Source of the DNA: Trichoplax adhaerens
Lineage: Eukaryota > Animalia > Placozoa
Length of the DNA: 64,000 bases
NCBI RefSeq assembly: GCF_000150275.1
Contig: NW_002060943.1
Span: 6,936,299-7,000,298 of the forward strand
Direction of reading: 5' to 3'
How positions within the stretch are numbered: the first letter of the stretch is position 1; every line of letters begins with the position of its first letter. The notes under the pieces were generated by a model. That model did not search any database, was not told where the DNA came from, and saw nothing but the letters and a program-made list of their open reading frames with translations. Of this stretch, positions 56,501 through 64,000 are shown piece after piece. The position numbers and the translations under genes were made by a program.

Positions 56501-57052
56501 AGGAAAACAATTCCTCTGTAACATTAAAGTGTAAATCTGCTGATGTAGCAGCTTCATCGAAGGCAAAACCTGTTGGTAAGTACCTTATAAAAGAATAAAT
56601 ATGTCTACACTACAGTAGGAAGTACCTGACATCTTCATGGTTATTTTAATAATTATAATTATTTAATTTTTTTTATAGAACTGAAACCTGTTAAATACGA
56701 AGTAACGGTTGTGACTGGCGATGAAAAAGGAGCTGGAACTGATGCCAATGTATCTGTAATATTATACGGAGATAATGGCGATACTGGTCCACGACCACTA
56801 AAGAAGAAATTTGTTAACTTATTTGAAAGAAATCAACACGATAAGTTTACTATTGAAGCATTAGATCTTGGTAAACTAACGAAGCTTCACATTGAACATG
56901 ATAATAAAGGATGGGGTGCAAGCTGGTTACTTGATAGAGTTGAAGTTCATAACGTAGACAGTAATGAAACTATTATATTTCCGTGTAAGCAGTGGCTCGA
57001 CAAGAAAAAAGGAGATGGTCAAATTGCCAAAGATCTTCTCCCTGAATCTTAA
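41592..57052 (+). CDS. LOXHD1: Lipoxygenase homology domain-containing protein 1-like: N-terminal extension plus 17 tandem PLAT domains, many exons
   Basis: Repeated PLAT signatures [14 protein letters not shown]...L.G..GD.G...L...FER...D.F......LG.L.KI.I.HD..G...W.L..V......F.C..WL....D......L, counted 17 times from 43176 to the stop at 57050-57052. Upstream exons 41592-41700 and 42418-42731 and a 25-nt microexon 43022-43046 splice in frame; the start is less certain than the PLAT region. Confidence 0.93.
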
Positions 57053-58269
57053 CTACTTTCATGGCATTAATGTTCAATAATTTATTAAGTATTTTAGCAA
57101 CAAATATCCACTTTTACCAAATCCAATGCAATTGTATAATAAATTAAAAATCAATTTTATGTCGACAGCTATTCTGCTAGTAGTTTTTAATATATTTCGG
57201 TAAGACTCGCTTAACAAATTCGACACATATTGATACAGAAGGCTATCACAACTTTCACTTGTTAAATGATTATATTTTTTTATCCACGAGTTGACTTAAT
57301 TTATAATATCATTGAAATGCTATTACTAGCAAAACGAGTTATTATATTATGATAAAAATTATTTAATTTTTCAATGCATGTAACGAATATTCGCTTTGTT
57401 AATGTAAAACTTCTCGAATGAGACTATTTAAGTAATAATTCATGATATAAAACTGCTTTACGACGATTTGTAAATGTTACTAAATTTGACTGATTTGCTA
57501 GCATATAGTATATTGAAATAATGAGACCAATCATGCTCAATGAAGTATCTGGAAATTGCCTTTATTGTATTTCCTTATCTGACGAAATTTAAAGAACAAT
57601 AAAATAACTTAAAAATAATATTAATTTCATGTGAACATTTGCAATCAATTGTGACAAGATTTTTATAAAATCTGACACGATATCAAGAAACCATAATAGT
57701 CCCTTAATTCTAAATTGGTTTGTAGTATTTTTCATAATTTTGCTATCTAAAATTTCAACTGCAAGCTTCATTTCGTAGATTTTTGTACGCCCGTACCGAA
57801 ACACCGATGCATGAAGATAAATTATACTCTCTGCATACCTAGAGGTCAAAATTAGATAACCATTTCGGGAAAAATTAGCTCTACGCATAAAATAAACCGT
57901 TAGAATGTTTACTTTGTTATTTCTAACATACGTAATATCTGATACAAATATTAATTCACCTAATATTTACATTCAAACCCAAAATGGGAAGAAAATAGGG
58001 AACAAGTGTGCTCAGTAGTTTTATAAGGAATCAATAAAAATCAATACTCATGTTCGAAATGACCAATTACGCTCACTATAAGCAAGTCAGCTAGCATGGA
58101 GAAGCCATAACTGATATACTTGTTTAGAAGTCATATTACACGAGCTAGAAAATTTCATTATTATGCTACTATTATGATTACATTCAACGTATCATCAAAT
58201 TACTTTAAATTTTCAATTTTATAACAAGAATTAACATGACTGCGCATATACATTATACAAATATTAGTC

Positions 58270-59619
58270 CTAATCGTGTTGTAGCAGCTCATGCTTAGGA
58301 TAATGATGACAAATAAAGCGAGGGTTCATGCTAGCTTTAGCTAAATGATACATATTTGTTTGTTGTGCTTCTTTTAATATTCCATGCTCAGCAAATCTTG
58401 ATCTAACCATTATAAGACTGTATCGACGTCGTGGATTATTAGTAACATAAAAATGAAATCGCCTATCATTTCTAGGTGTAAGACCAAATTGTTTACCTAA
58501 AATAGCAACGTAGACATCATCCACAGTTTTCAATTTCATTGTTTTTGGACCAAATTTGAGTAAACCACGAACTACATCACCCGACATAACGTAAGAGAAT
58601 CCAGATGGGAAAATTGGAAAATATTTATCTTGATAATCTTCATATGGTACATAATATTTACTGCTGTTATTACGTTCGACACGTCGAACTAACAGCGATG
58701 GATTGACACGACCAACCCAAAATCTTTTAGCACGTCCGACATTAGCATAAGATTGTAAAAATTGAAATAGGTAAAAAGTATTGACAAAGACATCGTCATC
58801 ACCTTTATAAACGTAAACAGGATCACAATATTTAAGAGACCAAGCCATCGATAAAATAGTCTTTTCCGTTAAATTTTTCATATTATCGATAAAGTCAGCT
58901 AATATCATATCACCATTCTTAGTTGATTCTTGTTCGATCAAATCATCAAGAGTAGAATTATCAGTTCTACCAACAACAAATAGTACTCGTAAAGCATAAG
59001 GATGATTGCATCTACGGCTAAAAAACGAGCTATCACCCCAAGTTTTTCTTATAGCACGACGTCGATGGAAATGTTGCGGTTTGGAATTAATCATCATCAG
59101 GACAAAAGCCTTTAAGCGACAAGGTTTAGCACTGGTACGGTTACCGTAATACATTAAACCAAATGAGTCGATATATTTATCGCCACGAACAGTATGAATG
59201 ATTTTTGGTGTTGGCAATACGCGTATTGCTTTTGTTGGTTTCTTGGTCGATTTTGGAGATATTGTTAAACTTTTAGTCGCTAATTTCGACGTATTAAGCA
59301 GCTTCGTCGCTACGCTGGTGGCATTTACTTGCTCATTGCCTTTATTAGTATTGTTCGGTTGTCTAAGAAATTTAAGTCTTGTCGATTGGATAGTTACGTT
59401 ACCGCCATTTTTATTACCGGATGATGTCAAATTTAGAGAGGATAGTAAATTTATAGTAGATAGTATGTTATAGGTGTTATTGTACTTGATTAAATTTGTC
59501 GGTAATCTATTCGTATAACATTGATAATAGCATGCATTAACGAAATAGTAAGACAAGATGATGATACCAATAACTGCAATAATAGATGCAATTTGTCTGC
59601 ATCGAGACCGAATAGCCAT
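58270..59619 (-). CDS. GT31-family beta-1,3-glycosyltransferase (B3GNT/B3GALT-like), type II membrane protein, single coding exon, 449 aa
   Basis: N-terminal TM anchor, T/K/P/N-rich stem, and GT31 motifs RRRAIRKTWG, LFVVG, DFIDNMKNLTEKT, YVYKGDDDVFVN, YVPYEDY...FPIFPSG.SYVMSGD and VDDVYV. Confidence 0.92.
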   Translation of the reverse strand: MAIRSRCRQIASIIAVIGIIILSYYFVNACYYQCYTNRLPTNLIKYNNTYNILSTINLLSSLNLTSSGNKNGGNVTIQSTRLKFLRQPNNTNKGNEQVNATSVATKLLNTSKLATKSLTISPKSTKKPTKAIRVLPTPKIIHTVRGDKYIDSFGLMYYGNRTSAKPCRLKAFVLMMINSKPQHFHRRRAIRKTWGDSSFFSRRCNHPYALRVLFVVGRTDNSTLDDLIEQESTKNGDMILADFIDNMKNLTEKTILSMAWSLKYCDPVYVYKGDDDVFVNTFYLFQFLQSYANVGRAKRFWVGRVNPSLLVRRVERNNSSKYYVPYEDYQDKYFPIFPSGFSYVMSGDVVRGLLKFGPKTMKLKTVDDVYVAILGKQFGLTPRNDRRFHFYVTNNPRRRYSLIMVRSRFAEHGILKEAQQTNMYHLAKASMNPRFICHHYPKHELLQHD

Positions 59620-61534
59620 GACATTGAATAGATGGTATGTATATTAGTATTACCCTAGCCGGCGATATTTTCTAGAATTATTGATGTAATTACATAAATT
59701 GACGATAAGATACAGTATAAGGATAATAAATAACCACCGGACACTATTTACACACTTATCGATGTTACCGTACAAGCGTTTTGGCCGGCAGCTTGATCAG
59801 CCTTACCTATCAAGACGGAACATAAAAATTATTGATTACTAAAACTTAAAACTTAGACATTAAGATAGCTGATAGTCACTTTAATTTCATTAGTAATAGA
59901 ACATTTCTATTTTCTTCTAATTTTGTATAATCAAGGTACAATTGTAAGTGATACAATAAGCTATAAGATGGTCGTAAATTGACTTACTTGAAATAAATTG
60001 GCAATCAATTATAAATACTGGCTAATGATTCAAAATTATAATAATGAGCTTTTCTTGGGATATTGTCACGACTTCATCATAAAGCACTTTTTGTCTTACT
60101 ACATACTGTACAAGTTGGTAGTCGGTATAATTAGATTGCAGTTGGGTTAATTGATTATGAGCTCAATACTTAATATGATGCACACTTAATAAATATCATA
60201 TTGAATAAAAGCATGACGATCGTTTTCGTTATACATTTTTCACATGCAGTTAATGCAGTATACGCATCTATGTAATGTACTGTACATTTTTATTGGCTAC
60301 TTCTACCGTATAACTAACTAATCAACACGGTTGATACGTACAAATAAAATATTTATACGTTATCAAACATACATTCTGTCAGTTCGCCTTTCAAGACGTT
60401 ATTGTAGTGTAGTCTTACCGCCTGCTGCTAATATCATTGTGTAGTGCTGTAGACTATTCTCAAGTACCAAATCCTACTGAATATATTATACACATCGTGT
60501 TGTTACTTATAATCATAATGATTCTATTGCGGTAACGTCAAGAATATAATAAAGTTTTCTACTTTATTTATTTAAGTGCATAGGAAGCAGAAAATGGAGA
60601 ATGAAAGATCCGCATCGATCTAATAACGAAACTGTCTATTGTCTGTGTCTATCCTATCGTATGGAGACTTTCAATATACCGAATATCCAGCACCGTTGGT
60701 TAAAGTCCTTCATAATCTATTTATAATTATCAGCAGTTATTAGCTTTGTCATTGGACAATTCCACGTCCATACTGTACTAAACTGTCCAAATGTACAACA
60801 CGCAGCGCTAGACTAATTAACCCACAATCTTAATCAAACCCGACGTCCACGTTGTTGTCCTTAATTTATTACTGGACAATGTACCCTTATTATACAACGT
60901 CGCTGAAGTCGTGCAAATAGACGACATTTTCTCAATTTTAACACAATTTACTACACATATTGACTGTAAGTACAGTACTTAAACTGAATATGATTGAAAT
61001 TGAAATAGAGTAATTAATTAATTAATCATCATCGTTCTGAAAGGCCGCAGATAATCAGGGCAAAATAGGTTGAAAGCGGCGTCCATCTCCCGACAACTAA
61101 TAACGTCTATCCTAGATCTACTGTCAATGCTGTAACTAGTGGCTCTTGCGGTTATTTGCGACTGTTATTGCGACTATAGCAGACTAGAAATGTATAAGAT
61201 ATCCATTTTATGAACTATTCCATACTAGTCGAATCCTCCTCGCTCGCATGGAAACGTAGTGTCTACTGTAATATAGTATAGTATTTAAGGGCAACGTAGA
61301 ATCTGTCTTAAAATCGACCGATATTAAACAGATCATTGAAAGTAATCATGTCACTGAAACTAAATCCTCACATTGTTACTAACATTATTGCAAAATCTAT
61401 TCCTACTTACATATTCCTCCTAGCAGCCTGTCATCAACCGCCATTAAACGGATTAGTTAATTATTAACTAAGCGCGAGACTGCAATCGATGGTTGACCTG
61501 TAAAACAAACACCAGTAGGACAGAGGCTTTAAAA

Positions 61535-61542
61535 TCACGTGA
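61535..61542. promoter_or_regulatory. Palindromic E-box (TCACGTGA) in the GC-richer region upstream of MFAP1
   Basis: Exact TCACGTGA about 260 nt upstream of the MFAP1 ATG. A short motif that could occur by chance. Confidence 0.3.
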
Positions 61543-61797
61543 TGTTCATGTACCGACGGTCCGACGCCCAACCCGTGTACCGTCTGTACTGTAGTCTGTA
61601 CCTCCGAGGCTGTAAGTGGCTACAGTATAGGGACTGAATGTTCGACCACGGAACAGTACCAGGACTACAGTTACTATAGACAGGAGTAGCACATGCGCTG
61701 TACGCCATACTGAAAGAGTGTAGGTATAGGGCATACTGAGTGGATAGTAGACATAGAGTAAGAAAACCTCGGTGATACCTTGGTAATCCACGCGCAT

Positions 61798-61807
61798 CAA
61801 GATGGCG
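61798..61807 (+). promoter_or_regulatory. YY1-type motif overlapping the MFAP1 start codon
   Basis: CAAGATGGCG matches the AAGATGGCG YY1/Kozak-overlap motif common in animal housekeeping genes. Confidence 0.45.
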
Positions 61808-64000
61808 ACAACTACTTCAGTACCAATCAAGTCTACTGCTGGTGCCGTTCCTATAAGGAACGAGAAAGGTAGTGCTAAACCTAGCGAAATCGATTATGGG
61901 ATATTACAGCATAAGATAGTACAACATTCTTAGAATATACTGTTTTCATACGATCGGATCGCTTAACTTAATTCTGCCAATAATGTGTCGAGGAAACTCA
62001 TCATCATTGACTTACCTCTCAATCAATGTTCGGTTTTTAGGCGAAATCACCATGCAAAAAGTGAAAGTTCAACGTTATGTAACTGGCAAAAGGTTGTATG
62101 GTTAATTTGCTGTACTGTAGTGTTACAATGATGAAATAGAACAATTTCAATAGGCTGTGTTACCAGGCTTAAAAGTAGTCATAATGCTAATTTCCAAATG
62201 TTCTACAACATAGTACTGTACGTATAACAAAATCTACAGTAGTGGACTTAATCTCATAATCAAGTCAATGGAGGCTACCAGTATTAACCTGAAAAGACAC
62301 CATTCGATCGATATTCCTACAATGATTATTAAATACTATTGGCTAGAAAGGATAACTTCAATTTATTCGAACCGATTAATCCTGTGCACGTTACTCCTAG
62401 TAGTAGCTTATCCGTGTAGCACTATTTGTTGCTTTTGTAAATATAGCTCTCCTACAGCGCTATATAGTCTGTATACTTTACTCTTTTGAGTGGTAGGCAA
62501 TTTTTTGTCTTCCGGTGAATATACATAAGCATACACTAATATAGCTCTTTTTATAGACCATTGTATGCCCCAGAATCGGACGAGGAGGAGGTAGAAGAAG
62601 AAGATGAGTTTATTGAAGCTGAAGACCGCTTCAACGACGAATATGTAAATTTCTAATATTACCTCTTTTCAATAGCACATGTCTAGTGTTAGCTCGTTTA
62701 AAAGGATACTTTACTGAAAATCTAATCACATTTCAGTCAATGAATCGAGAGAATAGTTTAACGTTATCTTACTCATATCTACTATTAATCTGGTATATAC
62801 TAGAATTTAGATGAAGATATAGCAAGGGATAGACGAATGAAACGTTTATTACAACATCAACGAGAAGGATACGATGGTGAACGGTAAGTCAAATCAAAAA
62901 GGAATTGTTACACTGCAGCCATTATCAGTATGTGTCTCTTAATCCATAGATTGCATGTCCATATGACCCTTATTAATTATTAGAAGCAGTAGCTACCACA
63001 CTTTTTAGAATACTCATACATTATCAGATTTGCCCAGTGTATGATAATTAAAACAGCAGACTGGTAGAAAAACTGATGCGAAACCGTTTAACGTCTCTAA
63101 ACTATAGGAGAAGAGAGGTTACTGGCCCTGAGATTCTCAGTTATGGTGACGATGAAGCTTCTGCTGATGATGTAATGCAATGATACCTCAATTAGTCTTT
63201 AATGAAGTGAAAATCAACAAATATTCATCTCGATTCTTTTAATTAATCATAAAGATGGACATTGAAGACGATGAACCAGCTAACGTTGCCAGTAGATTCG
63301 TTGACGAAAGCGAGTATGTAAACAGAGTTTTTATTCAACTCTCAACTATCTACAATTATAACGGTTTATTCACTGCTTTTAGGGAATCAGATGAAGATCT
63401 AGATGAAGACGTAGGTTTAGAACAATACCTCTACATTTATAACTTAAAATTCCATATATTATAGAGTACTACATCTTCGAACGCTTCAATAGGAAATAGA
63501 AAGGAGACGAGAACTCATGAGACAGAGAGCTAAAGAAAGATTAGTGGAGGAGGTACATTTATAAGATATCATTTTTAATTCAAGATAAGCTATACGAGGA
63601 GACCGTAGTTCTTGCTATATTCTACCAATATGATATCAATCAGCTTATATCTTAACATGATCATTAATTATCATAGGATGATGTTTTGGAATTAGAGGAT
63701 GAACGACGATCAGAAGATGCAGAAGAAGATGAGGTTACTATCAACTATTTTCCTTAACAGCGATACACAGGTTTCGTTATCACATTTTTAAACTAAGCCT
63801 TGCTATATAGTCCTCGGAATACGAAGAATACTCCGACTCCGAAGAAGATACCGGTCCAAGATTAAAGCCCGTATTTGTCAGAAAGTACGTAAACTTAGCT
63901 TAATTTGCATTATCATAATTGTCTTGAGAAATTCATATATTTTTGTTCTGAAGATCCGATCGCGGTACCATTAAATCGCAGCGAGATATTGAAAAGGAAG
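61802..64000 (+). CDS. MFAP1: Microfibrillar-associated protein 1 (spliceosomal B-complex protein, Spp381 homolog); 3'-truncated by the window edge
   Basis: Spliced MATTTSVPIKSTAGAVPIRNEKG-EITMQKVKVQRYVTGKR-PLYAPESDEEE...EIERRRELMRQRA...SSEYEEYSDSEEDTGPRLKPVFVRK-SDRGTI over at least 11 short exons, matching the MFAP1 N-terminus and RLKPVF.RK motif. Confidence 0.95.

Noticed and set aside
57589-57888. 99-aa minus-strand ORF between LOXHD1 and the GT31 gene
   Set aside because: No domain signature or splice-linked neighbours; likely 3'UTR or intergenic.
61546-61830. 94-aa minus-strand ORF upstream of MFAP1
   Set aside because: No recognisable motifs or ATG start; explained by the GC-richer promoter/5'UTR of MFAP1.
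63734-63810. Perfect U12 branch motif TTTTCCTTAAC in an MFAP1 intron
   Set aside because: It lies near the 5' end of the intron, and the donor (GTTACT) is not U12-type.

Overview
AT-rich, gene-dense eukaryotic DNA with many short (about 65-400 nt) GT-AG introns. Gene content is metazoan; composition and intron sizes fit an early-branching animal such as the placozoan Trichoplax (inference, not verified). I reconstructed seven protein-coding genes by hand-splicing: a type II diacylglycerol kinase (+, 5'-incomplete), DAW1/WDR69 (+), a Caspr/Neurexin-IV-like adhesion protein (-), a Dicer (-), a 17-PLAT LOXHD1 (+), a GT31 beta-1,3-glycosyltransferase (-) and MFAP1 (+, runs off the 3' end). Most notable observations: (1) the Dicer RNase IIIa domain has Lys in place of its fourth catalytic Glu while RNase IIIb and the helicase motifs are intact, predicting a one-strand-cutting (nicking) or partly catalytic Dicer, and hairpins and tandem duplications flank the gene; (2) a 1-nt frameshift inside the Caspr-like gene; (3) a U12-type intron and an RFX X-box at DAW1; (4) a decayed Ty3/gypsy pol (RNase H-integrase) relic; (5) a 3-domain higher-order periodicity and an ERICH3/FSIP2-like N-terminal motif in LOXHD1; (6) a tandem triplication spanning a splice acceptor. 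No tRNA, rRNA or CRISPR was recognised. Comparisons with human proteins are from memory, not database searches.
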